64,000 nt of DNA, taken from NCBI GenBank assembly GCA_964452625.1, contig CAYVMJ010000001.1, positions 489,914 through 553,913 on the forward strand, in the 5' to 3' direction. The notes beneath the pieces are model-generated. The model worked only from the letters and a program-made list of their open reading frames with translations, did not search any database and was not told the DNA's origin. Below, in pieces: positions 38,848-48,529 of the stretch (position 1 is its first letter; each line of letters begins with the position of its first letter). A program made the translations under genes and the position numbers. Source of the DNA: an uncultured Methanolinea sp. Lineage in GTDB: Archaea; Halobacteriota; Methanomicrobia; Methanomicrobiales; Methanospirillaceae.

Positions 38848-39366
38848 ATGCCCGCCCGGGACCCCCTCCCACCTGAACTGAAATGGCAGGTTGCCTCCCG
38901 CCTGGTCTCCACGCTGCCTGTCCTGTACGACATCACGTTCCGCGATGCCGTCGGTGAGGAATACGATGCCATGGAACAGCAGATATGGGTCCACATGGCA
39001 ATGGAAGCACGGGCCCTTGCCGGGAGCGCGAATCTACCTGTTGCAGATGCAGGCGACCTGATGGACACGCTCAGGGTCATCTTCCTGGTCTTCTTCGGCC
39101 CGGATCTCCGCACCGAGGAGGTCCCCATTAGCCGGGACCGTTCCGTCCTGATGATCAAGTACTGTCCCTTTGTCGCAAGGGAGATGGAGGTGCGGGGAAA
39201 CACGGGCTGCCTTCTCAGCCGCTGCGTTGCCTTCTCCATTGCAGCGATTGAAGCATTGAACCCGGCCTATACGCTCCGGTTTGTGCGGAGCATGTGCACG
39301 GGGGATCGTACCTGCGAGCTCAAGATCATGAAGCGCGAGGATGCGGAGAAGGACGACAGGGCCTGA
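38848..39366 (+). CDS. Hypothetical protein (possible ATC-hydrolase-like)
   Basis: 172-aa ORF with several conserved Cys. The family call is tentative. Confidence 0.4.
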   Translation: MPARDPLPPELKWQVASRLVSTLPVLYDITFRDAVGEEYDAMEQQIWVHMAMEARALAGSANLPVADAGDLMDTLRVIFLVFFGPDLRTEEVPISRDRSVLMIKYCPFVAREMEVRGNTGCLLSRCVAFSIAAIEALNPAYTLRFVRSMCTGDRTCELKIMKREDAEKDDRA

Positions 39367-39428
39367 TCCTTCATCAACGGCGGCATTAACCTTTCCACCG
39401 TCCCTCCCATCCGCTCCTTTCCCGGAAA

Positions 39429-40841
39429 TCACGCGCCTGTATTTTTTCCCCGTACAAGAGAGCATGCGATCCCTGCCACGCACATGACGGAGAAGAGGAT
39501 GAATGCCACGTGCACGCTCTGCGTGAACAGGGCTGTATCCGCGTACTCGAGCTGCTCTCTCCCGATGAATATGGCAAAGACGGTCATTGCCAGTCCCATG
39601 GACAGCATCTGGCCAAGGAGGCGCATGGTCCCCACCATGCCCGAGGCCACCCCGTAGAACATGCGGTTGACAGAACTGATGATCGCATTGGTGTTGGGGG
39701 AAGAGAAGATGCCAAAACCTGCCCCGAGGAGGACCAGGCATCCAATGATGAAGAGTACGGACTTTTCGGAATCAAGAAAGGTCAGGAGGAGAAGGCCTGC
39801 GGCAGTCAGCATCATGCCGGCGGAGGCCACGCGGCCCGGATCCATGCGATCTGAGAGTTTTCCTGCGACCGGGGAGAAAATGGCCTGGACCAGCGGTTGT
39901 GCGACAAGGACAAGGCCTGCATATTCAGCGGAAAATCCCCGTGCTATCTGGAGATAGAGCGAGAGGAGGAAGGTCACCGCGTACGTCGCACTGTAATTGA
40001 TGAGTGCGGCAAGGTTAGAGAACGCAAAGACCCTGTTTTTGAGGAAGAGCTGCATGTTCAGGACCGGGTTGCTGATCCGCAATTCGAGGAGAATGAAAAT
40101 GACAAGTGCAAGGATACCTCCACCGATAAGCACAATCCCTGTGATATCCGGGAGGATGGACAACCCATATATCAGGGCGACGAGGGAGAGGGCCCATACG
40201 ATTGAGCCGGCAAGGTCGAACCGTTCCCCCGCCGCATCCCTCCATTCCATGGGGAGTTTCGCGAGCGTGAAGAGGATGCAGAGAATCCCGAGGGGAATGT
40301 TCACGAAAAAGATACTTCGCCATCCCAGCGTTTCGGTCAGGATGCCCCCGAGGAACGGGCCGAGCGAGAGGCCGAGATAGACCGCGGCGATTGTGATGCC
40401 AAGCGCCTTTCCCCTCTCTCCGGGCGGATAGGCCGCTGAGAGAATGGCGAGGCTTGTGCCGAAGATCATGGCGCACCCTGCCCCCTGGAGGAGACGGAAT
40501 CCAATGAGCATTGCGGCGTTCATCGAGAAGGTGACAAAGAAGGATGCTCCCGTGAAAGTGGAGATGCCCAGGAGGAATATGCACTTCCTCCCCACGATAT
40601 CGGCCAGCTTTCCAAACGGGACAAGCAGGATGGAGATTGAGAGGAGGTAGGCGGTGGTGATCCAGGAAAGCGTGATCGCATCGAGGGAGAATTCTTCCCC
40701 GATGGAGGGGAGAGCGATATTGACCGAGGATCCGTCGAACGGCGTGATGAAGCTGCTGATGATGGCGATGAAAAGGATGATCCTTTTCATCGTGGGGGTG
40801 ATATAGGGAAAGGGAGCGCTACAGGACGTAATGTATTTCAC
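39429..40841 (-). CDS. MFS transporter, DHA2 (EmrB/QacA-like) 14-TM subfamily
   Basis: 14 predicted TM helices and MFS signature regions (GKLADIVGRK, LQGAGCAMIF). Confidence 0.8.
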   Translation of the reverse strand: MKYITSCSAPFPYITPTMKRIILFIAIISSFITPFDGSSVNIALPSIGEEFSLDAITLSWITTAYLLSISILLVPFGKLADIVGRKCIFLLGISTFTGASFFVTFSMNAAMLIGFRLLQGAGCAMIFGTSLAILSAAYPPGERGKALGITIAAVYLGLSLGPFLGGILTETLGWRSIFFVNIPLGILCILFTLAKLPMEWRDAAGERFDLAGSIVWALSLVALIYGLSILPDITGIVLIGGGILALVIFILLELRISNPVLNMQLFLKNRVFAFSNLAALINYSATYAVTFLLSLYLQIARGFSAEYAGLVLVAQPLVQAIFSPVAGKLSDRMDPGRVASAGMMLTAAGLLLLTFLDSEKSVLFIIGCLVLLGAGFGIFSSPNTNAIISSVNRMFYGVASGMVGTMRLLGQMLSMGLAMTVFAIFIGREQLEYADTALFTQSVHVAFILFSVMCVAGIACSLVRGKNTGA

Positions 40842-40916
40842 CCCGTATATGTGTTCTTTCCCGGTCTGGATCCATGTCTCGCATACCTTTGGTGAAATAA
40901 ACCTTAAAGAGAGACC

Positions 40917-43523
40917 CTACACTACCGCAAGGCCATTTTGGATTGCTGCTTCTGATACCCGGATGGTCCTGTTCTCGCCGATAATTACATAGGGGCCAAG
41001 GGCGCTGACTGCACCATTGGGTGCATCTGTTGCATAGGGAACGATGAATTCCCCATTGCGACTTTCCTGGACGTACGAGAAACGGCGCCCGGTATTTGTC
41101 TCGAGGTCAATCCGGATTATTCCCGAACCCTCTATTCTTGCCCCTTTCACATATTCGAACATCTTGACCTGCTTCACATCCTCATGTATGTCGTATCCCC
41201 GAGGCAGGGATGCATCCTCCGGAGATTCGTAGATGAGACGGAAATGGGATAATGCAGGAACGACGGATGCAGGGACCATGTAATCTCCCGTGACCACCAT
41301 CGCACGGAGTGAGGAGTCCATCTCCCCATTCCTTGAATGTATGTGGTCCTGCAACGCAACCCATGAAATATTCTCGACTGATTGGATCTCGGGGAGGGAC
41401 CCTCCCCCTGAGGGAGGAGCATACTCGATGTATGTCACGTATGAAGGGATCTTTTCTGACCCGTCAAAGAGATGAAGCCTTGCGACCAGCGTCCTGTGAT
41501 ATGCAGGTGTCAGGAACTGGAGTGACTGGGAGGATCTTGTTGCAGGATCAACAGGCATGTTAAACCGAATGATATAGGGGGATGTTGCATTGGGGGTGTC
41601 GTGCCATGCCGCAATCGCCCAGAATTTTGAGGTGGCCATCCTGGCATCGGTCACGATGTATCGTGTTCCGAGCGTCCCTGCGATCGCTTCTGCAGTGCTC
41701 TCATCCTGCTCCATGAAAAACGCAGCTGCCCCGCTCTTTCCCCGGACACCTGCCTGGAAGGGATTACTGTTCGGGATGCGTTTTCCGAAGTAGGTGATCA
41801 GATGGCCATAATCCCACCATGACATGATCCCGTATGCCTGAGTGGGATAGGAAAAATCCTGGAAGGTGTATATTGTCGTATAACCGATTCCCGGGTCCGG
41901 TGTGTTATTCTCAATCCAGGCCATTGAAGCCCTCCAACCGGCAGGAACTGATACAGGCTCCCTGTGTATATCGACCCATAAAGCGTTGAGGATAAATGCT
42001 GCGCATATGAAGATGGTGCATCCTACGGCAATTTCTTTCCATTCGACAGGCGCATGTTCCTTCTGCACGCGGGTTTTTTTCTTCTTGTTCGCGGTTCCTC
42101 CCGTTTCGGCCTGCTCCTTCTTTTTCGGATGCAGCCATGCAAGGAACGCCCGGTATTCCCGGTTGCCGTATTCGATCACGCTCATGACGAAGTATCCCGA
42201 GACCAGCGCGAAGGGGACTGCAAGGAGGTAATTATAGCGAAGGTGCTGGTATGATGCAAGAAGTATAAGCCCGGTCCAGGTGGCCATGAAGAGCAATTCG
42301 GGCCTCGTCTTTTTCCACACCCTGTAACCAAGGAGCACGATCCCGGCAAAAAAGAGGATCAGTCCGAAGGAATAGAGCTCCCACAGGCCGGCAGCGCCGA
42401 CCACCTCAGTCTCCAAAATTGTGAGTGCCAGTTCTTTTTGTCCAAAGATTTCACGCAAGCCGTTGAGAGCGACACTGAGGATATGGGGAACAAGAAGGGC
42501 GATACCTGCGATACACGTGGCAATCAGTCCCGAGAGGATACACATATACGTCCTGAAAGATCGTCCATGGAGCACCCGTCCGAAGAGAAAGAGTGCTGCG
42601 GTCCCCAAGATGATCATCAGATACATGGCAGGGTGACCGAGGGAATACATTGTCAGGAGAAACGTCCCGGATTCCTGCATGAAGAGATACGAGCCCGCAG
42701 CCGCAATCCCGAACACACAGGCATTCAGGACGAGAAGGCTCACGTTCTGTATTCCTGCCCTGAAATCCATAAGGTACTGCAGGAAGGTGAATGCTGCGGC
42801 GATGAGCGCAAAGATGATCATCGTCGGCATGTTGAGGAAGCCGAGAAGGTAGAGGAGCCCGGAAAGGAGAGAGACGATGATGAATGCCGGTTCTTTGAAG
42901 ACTTCGATCTGGCGGTCCTTCCGGTTCATCATCATGAGAGCGGTCATGCAGGAGAGGCAGAATGCAGTGCCGAAGAGGACTTCTGCGACATGGTGGTCTA
43001 TCACTCCGTAATACGAGGTGAAAAAGAACGAGCCGGGCAGTACCGCGAGGATTGCCGCCGCAACAATCCCGCACCAGGTGGAATGGATCTTTCTCCCGAT
43101 CAGATAGACGAGGGGGATGGCGAGAGCGGCAAGGAGGGGTGGAACGAATACTGCAGTCTTCACAATTTCCTCCCGTGTAGCAGCCCCGGCAAGGATACAG
43201 AATACCGTCAGGATATACCCGTAGACGGGACCCCAGTTGACGAGATAGCCATACGGGAAGAAGGTCATCGGGTCAAAGAACGGGTAGGATGGAAAATTTT
43301 CCACCATCAGTTCTACCTGGCGGAGCTGGTAGAGAGAATCACCGCTCTCGATGCCGTTGAGGGGATCTCCCTGGGAATAAAACAGCGGGATGATACGGAT
43401 GAGGAATGCGACGCATGAAATCAGGACGATCAGTATGAGGAGGAGGTATCCGCCCGATGAACCACCGGAGGATGAATTTTTGAAAGTATCTGAAGATCCT
43501 GGTTTTTTCATTCCCTGACACAA
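40917..43523 (-). CDS. aglB: Archaeal oligosaccharyltransferase AglB (STT3 homolog)
   Basis: The WWDYG motif (IMSWWDYGHLI) is present, with 13 N-terminal TM helices and a large C-terminal soluble domain. Confidence 0.85.
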   Translation of the reverse strand: MCQGMKKPGSSDTFKNSSSGGSSGGYLLLILIVLISCVAFLIRIIPLFYSQGDPLNGIESGDSLYQLRQVELMVENFPSYPFFDPMTFFPYGYLVNWGPVYGYILTVFCILAGAATREEIVKTAVFVPPLLAALAIPLVYLIGRKIHSTWCGIVAAAILAVLPGSFFFTSYYGVIDHHVAEVLFGTAFCLSCMTALMMMNRKDRQIEVFKEPAFIIVSLLSGLLYLLGFLNMPTMIIFALIAAAFTFLQYLMDFRAGIQNVSLLVLNACVFGIAAAGSYLFMQESGTFLLTMYSLGHPAMYLMIILGTAALFLFGRVLHGRSFRTYMCILSGLIATCIAGIALLVPHILSVALNGLREIFGQKELALTILETEVVGAAGLWELYSFGLILFFAGIVLLGYRVWKKTRPELLFMATWTGLILLASYQHLRYNYLLAVPFALVSGYFVMSVIEYGNREYRAFLAWLHPKKKEQAETGGTANKKKKTRVQKEHAPVEWKEIAVGCTIFICAAFILNALWVDIHREPVSVPAGWRASMAWIENNTPDPGIGYTTIYTFQDFSYPTQAYGIMSWWDYGHLITYFGKRIPNSNPFQAGVRGKSGAAAFFMEQDESTAEAIAGTLGTRYIVTDARMATSKFWAIAAWHDTPNATSPYIIRFNMPVDPATRSSQSLQFLTPAYHRTLVARLHLFDGSEKIPSYVTYIEYAPPSGGGSLPEIQSVENISWVALQDHIHSRNGEMDSSLRAMVVTGDYMVPASVVPALSHFRLIYESPEDASLPRGYDIHEDVKQVKMFEYVKGARIEGSGIIRIDLETNTGRRFSYVQESRNGEFIVPYATDAPNGAVSALGPYVIIGENRTIRVSEAAIQNGLAVV

Positions 43524-43667
43524 GATTGTGTGGGATTCCCTTTAAGCTAATTGTAATGATTGAAGGCATAATCCTGAGTCTCCGGATCGAACGGATGCAT
43601 AGAGAAGGATGACATCACTCTTTTTATCAATGATAAGTACAGGTATAGAAAAGAAGGAAGTACCTGT

Positions 43668-43952
43668 ATGGGCAGGATATCAATGCGATCCACCGTCTGT
43701 GCAAAAAAGAACCAGGTCTCCTGCGATCTTGCCGGGGAAGCGGTGATTCTCTCTCTTGATCAGGGGATGTATTACACGATGAACCCCGTCGGAGCGAGGA
43801 TTTGGAGCATGCTGCAGACATCCATGCCGGTACAGGAGATCCGGGATGTACTCGTGTCGGAATTCGAGATCGGAGCAGAGATATGTGAAGCGGATCTGCT
43901 GGCTGTCCTGGAAGACCTCGCGCGGGAAGGGCTGATAGAGGTTGAAAATTAG
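43668..43952 (+). CDS. Lasso-peptide B1 protein (PqqD-like RiPP recognition element)
   Basis: Sequence pattern and size (94 aa) fit PqqD. It overlaps the start of B2. Confidence 0.7.
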   Translation: MGRISMRSTVCAKKNQVSCDLAGEAVILSLDQGMYYTMNPVGARIWSMLQTSMPVQEIRDVLVSEFEIGAEICEADLLAVLEDLAREGLIEVEN

Positions 43953-44385
43953 CTCGTTTCATCGGTTTTTTCACTATGCCCGGGCAGGGCGTATTGTCCT
44001 CATCAGGGCATTTGCAATATCAGGACTGATCCGGCTGGGACTCTGGATTTTCCCGTTCAACACAGTACTCAAACTCGTTTCTTACATCAATCCCAAACCA
44101 CGCCGGGAGTTGGATCCTTCAATACCAGTCCCGCTGGTTATATGGGCCGTGAAGATTGTGAATTTTCATATCCCGCGGTCCACGTGCCTCGTGCAGGCGC
44201 TTGCATCGCAGGCAATGCTTGCTCTGAAAGGGGTTCCTTCCTGTCTCTGCATAGGGGTTTCCAGGGGGCAGGAGTCGTTCATCGATGCCCATGCCTGGCT
44301 CGAGGTCGATGGAAAGGCGGTCATAGGCGAACCGGAACCTGGCAGGTTTACAAGGCTCACCGGGATTGGCACGAGTCCGGAATGA
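43942..44385 (+). CDS. Lasso-peptide B2 leader peptidase (transglutaminase-like cysteine protease)
   Basis: Catalytic triad context C (RSTCLVQA), H (DAHAWLEVDG) and D. Size is 147 aa. Confidence 0.7.
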   Translation: MKISSFHRFFHYARAGRIVLIRAFAISGLIRLGLWIFPFNTVLKLVSYINPKPRRELDPSIPVPLVIWAVKIVNFHIPRSTCLVQALASQAMLALKGVPSCLCIGVSRGQESFIDAHAWLEVDGKAVIGEPEPGRFTRLTGIGTSPE

Positions 44386-44585
44386 ATCAGGGCCGGATTC
44401 TCGTCCAGAGGTGTAAATACTCATAAGGGCACATCATCCCCTGGACTCAGGGGAACAGAACCGGTGGAAAAGGAAGCGTAAGGATTCGAAGAAAAAACCG
44501 TGGAGAGTGCGGGAGAAATAAAGCGTATCGTTCTTATATCGAGTTATTCAATTGAAATCTGCAATTATTGCTGAAATGAAGTGCT

Positions 44586-46493
44586 ATGAGTGGAATAGGG
44601 GGTATACTGAACCTGGACGGATCAGAGGTTTCTTCCGGGTTGCTCGAACACATTGCCGGTTCAATTAAGAGCCGCGGTCCCGACGGTGTCAGGATATGGA
44701 AAGCGAAGAATATCGGGATGGTGCACAGCCATTTCTGGACGACTCCCGAGGATACGGGAGAAGAACAGCCCATCTCGATGGGTCATTACACCCTTGCGGC
44801 CGACGCAAGAATTGATAACCGGCAGGAACTCCTCCCCCTTTTAAAGGATTATATCAGCCGTGAAGTTCCCAGCGATGCCGAGATCATCCTTGCTGCATAT
44901 CAGAAATGGAATGAAGAGTGTCCGAAATACCTTATCGGAGATTTTGCATTCGCGATATGGGATGCAGAACGGGAATGCCTTTTTCTTGCCCGAGATCCGG
45001 TCGGAATACGACTCCTTCATTATTCGGTGGCAGGGAAGTCATTCGTCTTTGGTTCGGGCGTGGGATCCGTTGTCGCGACCATGAATACAGTCCCTGAGCC
45101 GAACATTCCTATGGTCGCAGACCTTCTGGCAGGCAGATACGATCGCTGGATCGATGAGACTGCCTTCAAGGACGTGCACCGGCTCCCTCCTGCATATTCC
45201 ATGACGGTTCTTGCATCGGGCATTCGCCTGACAAGGTACTGGACATTTGGGGCGCGGAAGGAGTCTCCTCTGGCAACAGAGGAGGAATATGTCGCCCGGT
45301 TCGGGGAATTATTCCGGGAAGCCGTCCGATGCCGGATGAGAGTGAATGACTCTCTTGCAATGACAGTGAGCGGCGGCATCGATTCATCTTCCATCGCCTG
45401 CATGGCACATCATCTCATCTCGTCCGGGGATGTCCGTACAACGGGAAGAATGTACTCTGCGGTATTCGAAGATACCCCCTCTGCCGACGAGAAGGAGTAT
45501 CTTGATGAATTGATTGCTGCCTGCCCTTGCTTCCCGGCCACCGAGATTCCATCCGATACCTTCTGGGGCCTTTGCGAATTTGCAGATGACGCCGGATATC
45601 CCCTTGACGATCCCGAGATCGAGGCGACCCGTGCAGTGATGCTGGCGCAGCTTTTCCACATCGCGCAGGATGGTCATAGGGTCGTTCTAAGCGGCCATGG
45701 TGGTGACCAGGTGATGTATACTGATGCATATGATATTCCTCCCAGCCTGAATGATATTGGCCTCACCAGGCTGCCCTCAGAATTCCGTCATTTCCTGCGG
45801 AATGGAATCCCCGTCACGAAGTTGCTGGAAGAAGCATACGTAATCCCCCTGATCCCGGTTGTCCTCAGGAAACGTCTCTCAAGACTTCTGAGAGATCCCA
45901 CGATAGGAGGCCTGTTGGCTCCCGGGTGTATCAGCATTCCGTCACCGGACCCCGCTGACGTACATCCGGGGTTTCGAACCGCAACCTCCACGAACATTTA
46001 CCTTGCTGTGACCGAAGGACTCAATTCCGTCTACCGGGTCACGCAGGACACGTATGCCTCGTATGCAGGTATCGACTGGCGATTTCCTTTCTATGATCGC
46101 CGCCTGATCGACTTTTTGCTCTCCGTTCCTCCTCTCTATATGTTCCGGGATGGATTCTCACGATGCCTCATCCGCGGGTACATGAAGGGACTTTTACCCG
46201 AAAAGATACGGCACCGGACAACGAAATGTCACCTTGGGGATATCCAGGAGCGTGGAATACAAGAGAAGGAGATATGCAGGGTCCAGGAATTGATCAACGA
46301 TTCCCGGGCTGTGGAGATGGGATTGGTCAACCCGGATGCACTCAAAAAAGCATGGGATTCCTGCTGGAACGGAGAGGAGTACCCTGCCCGTCCCCTCGTC
46401 AGGTTCCTCTGTGCCGAGGCGTGGCTCCGGTATTACGACAGGAAGTACGGGTTACCCCATAGAGCGGAAGCCGGGATGCCCGGAACGGACTGA
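44586..46493 (+). CDS. Lasso-peptide cyclase C (asparagine-synthetase homolog)
   Basis: N-terminal MSGIGGI (AsnB-type) and PP-loop SGGIDSS. Length is 635 aa. Confidence 0.75.
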   Translation: MSGIGGILNLDGSEVSSGLLEHIAGSIKSRGPDGVRIWKAKNIGMVHSHFWTTPEDTGEEQPISMGHYTLAADARIDNRQELLPLLKDYISREVPSDAEIILAAYQKWNEECPKYLIGDFAFAIWDAERECLFLARDPVGIRLLHYSVAGKSFVFGSGVGSVVATMNTVPEPNIPMVADLLAGRYDRWIDETAFKDVHRLPPAYSMTVLASGIRLTRYWTFGARKESPLATEEEYVARFGELFREAVRCRMRVNDSLAMTVSGGIDSSSIACMAHHLISSGDVRTTGRMYSAVFEDTPSADEKEYLDELIAACPCFPATEIPSDTFWGLCEFADDAGYPLDDPEIEATRAVMLAQLFHIAQDGHRVVLSGHGGDQVMYTDAYDIPPSLNDIGLTRLPSEFRHFLRNGIPVTKLLEEAYVIPLIPVVLRKRLSRLLRDPTIGGLLAPGCISIPSPDPADVHPGFRTATSTNIYLAVTEGLNSVYRVTQDTYASYAGIDWRFPFYDRRLIDFLLSVPPLYMFRDGFSRCLIRGYMKGLLPEKIRHRTTKCHLGDIQERGIQEKEICRVQELINDSRAVEMGLVNPDALKKAWDSCWNGEEYPARPLVRFLCAEAWLRYYDRKYGLPHRAEAGMPGTD

Positions 46494-46552
46494 GAATGGC
46501 GGATCTTTGTGAAATTGAAGGACAATATCTACGATCATTTCCAAAATAAAAA

Positions 46553-46601
46553 ACAAATCTCTTTATACAAAGAAAGTGAGGCTTGTACAGCCCTCGATAG
46601 G
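46553..46601 (+). promoter_or_regulatory. Conserved upstream element (TATA-like TTTATACAAA) of lasso precursor A1
   Basis: About 80% identical to 47056-47105, at the same distance (about 80 nt) from the ATG. Confidence 0.5.
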
Positions 46602-46633
46602 GGGCAGTAAAGTACTATACCAGGATCGATACA

Positions 46634-46765
46634 ATGAAGAAAGAATTGTATACAGCTCCAAAGCTTGAAAAAGTCGGAAATGTGAAGGATTTGACACGCG
46701 GCGGCACCGGTGTTTATCAGGATAATGGAGGAGCCGGTAGTTATTCACCTGTAAGACTCGACTGA
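46634..46765 (+). CDS. Lasso-peptide precursor A1 (43 aa)
   Basis: Hand-translated as MKKELYTAPKLEKVGNVKDLTR/GGTGVYQDNGGAGSYSPVRLD. Thr is at -2 of the leader, the core starts with Gly and Asp is at core position 8. An oligo-T terminator follows. Confidence 0.65.
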   Translation: MKKELYTAPKLEKVGNVKDLTRGGTGVYQDNGGAGSYSPVRLD

Positions 46766-47055
46766 TGGGCATTATCGGGTTCAGCGGTTTTCATTTATCT
46801 TTTTTTTCAAGAGCCTATTACTCATGAGACTGCAATATCCGGGATTCCTTTTCCATCGGGTGACCATACGCGTACATTTATGTCAGTGCATACCCAGGAT
46901 TCGAATAACCTGTTGATATTCTGCCCTTTTCAGGACCTTTCTCTGCCGTTTTAGGCGATGTTTTTTTTCTTGTAATACATCTGGAGAATTTACTCACATC
47001 AAAATATGACTGTAATGTCAAATGATTTTGAGATACTACATCAATGAAAATGAAT

Positions 47056-47105
47056 ACAAATCTCTTTATACAAAGATATTGAGGCTTGTACAACCCTTGA
47101 TATGG
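47056..47105 (+). promoter_or_regulatory. Conserved upstream element of lasso precursor A2
   Basis: Paralogous to 46553-46601. Confidence 0.5.
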
Positions 47106-47138
47106 GAATCATGTATTTATCCGGCAGGGATAGATGCC

Positions 47139-47264
47139 ATGAAGAAAGCAGTCTATGAACCTCCAAAACTCGAAAAAGTAGGAAACATGAAGGATTTGAT
47201 ACGTGGAAGTCTGGGAGATCTGCAGGATGCCGGGGGTGCCGATAGTTACAACCCCGAACCGTAA
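47139..47264 (+). CDS. Lasso-peptide precursor A2 (41 aa), with Ile instead of Thr at leader position -2
   Basis: Translated as MKKAVYEPPKLEKVGNMKDLIR/GSLGDLQDAGGADSYNPEP. The leader is paralogous to A1 and is preceded by the same conserved upstream element. Confidence 0.6.
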   Translation: MKKAVYEPPKLEKVGNMKDLIRGSLGDLQDAGGADSYNPEP

Positions 47265-47340
47265 CCGGAGGCAGTGTAGGCACAGGAGCGTTCTTTTCAG
47301 TTACAAACAAGATTTTTTTCATCAGGAAGGAAGGGTTTCT

Positions 47341-48513
47341 GTGAATACCAACGAAGCAGGCTTTCGGATTCTCCCTGTGGATGCATCAGGTGTTGAGAGA
47401 TTCCACCATGCAGTCCCTTCCTCACATGACCCTGCTGTCATTGGTCTTGCACATGGTATTGCCTCAAGTCCGATCTGGTCTTTGATGCCGGGGGCTACCC
47501 TTTTTGTCAGACCGACGCCTCCACTTATCGCAGTGGTTGGACACTTCGATGATGCGTCGGAGGCACGCCTGGAGGCGCTCTCATTCCAGGCACAATTTGC
47601 CTTGCGGACTCTCCGGTACGTGGATTTTTCCCGGGCAGAGGAAGACTGCAGGATCCTCGCATCCCTCCTGAAAGAGCGATTCGGGGAAGAAAAATTGAAA
47701 CAATGCTATTTTTCCGCGATGCCGAGAGGCGGATACCTCATCCTGGGATTGCTGGCATATATCCTTGGTGTGCATCCGTCCCGGCTGGACTCTCCCGCAC
47801 CCCGGGATGCAACCCTTATCGTTCTCGATGATTGCGCCATCTCCGGCGCCCGCTTCCAGGACTTCCTGATGAGATCGGAGAACGAGAGGATCATCTTCGC
47901 ACCATTATACTCGCATCCGGAGTTACGGGAATCTATCGAAACGCGGGAACACCGCGTTGTTGCCTGCATCAGCGCCCATGACCTGGCAGATTATTCCGGC
48001 GAAACCAGGGGAGGAAAAGACGCGTACAGGGAGCTCTGGAGAACCCGGCATCCTGACAATCGGTACTGGATTGGCCTCCCTGAATACATCTGTTTTGCCT
48101 GGAACGAGCCCGACAGGCCGTTCTGGAACCATGTATCCGGAAAGACCGAATGCGGCTGGACACTCATCCCCCATGAATGCTGCCTCAAGAACGGTCCACC
48201 CCGCATCCCGGTATATGTCCAACCGGAGGCGAAGGGTCTAATCAGGCCTTCGGATCACGTGATATACCTGATGGACGGAGACTCGGTTGTAATCGGCGAT
48301 CTCGATTCGAACGCGAGTTACCATCTTGGTGGGGTCGGTGCAGGTATCTGGAATGAGATCATCGAATCCGGAGACCGGGAGGCTGCTATGAAAAAGATAC
48401 GGGAAAAATACGGGGCGGATGACAAAACTGTCCGGGAGAATGTTACAGCATTTCTTGAGGACCTGATCGGAAGAGGGATCCTTGAAGAGACCTGCATGGA
48501 TTCATCAGTATAG
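47341..48513 (+). CDS. Phosphoribosyltransferase-like nucleotide-binding domain fused to a C-terminal PqqD-like (RRE) domain
   Basis: PRTase-type motif ATLIVLDDCAISGARF. The C-terminal about 90 aa (HVIYLMDGDSVVIGDLDSNASYHLGGVGAGIWNEI...) are PqqD-like. A GTG start with an upstream AGGAAGG is proposed because the ATG-started ORF overlaps precursor A2. Confidence 0.5.
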   Translation: MNTNEAGFRILPVDASGVERFHHAVPSSHDPAVIGLAHGIASSPIWSLMPGATLFVRPTPPLIAVVGHFDDASEARLEALSFQAQFALRTLRYVDFSRAEEDCRILASLLKERFGEEKLKQCYFSAMPRGGYLILGLLAYILGVHPSRLDSPAPRDATLIVLDDCAISGARFQDFLMRSENERIIFAPLYSHPELRESIETREHRVVACISAHDLADYSGETRGGKDAYRELWRTRHPDNRYWIGLPEYICFAWNEPDRPFWNHVSGKTECGWTLIPHECCLKNGPPRIPVYVQPEAKGLIRPSDHVIYLMDGDSVVIGDLDSNASYHLGGVGAGIWNEIIESGDREAAMKKIREKYGADDKTVRENVTAFLEDLIGRGILEETCMDSSV

Positions 48514-48529
48514 AAAACCGGATCGTGAA

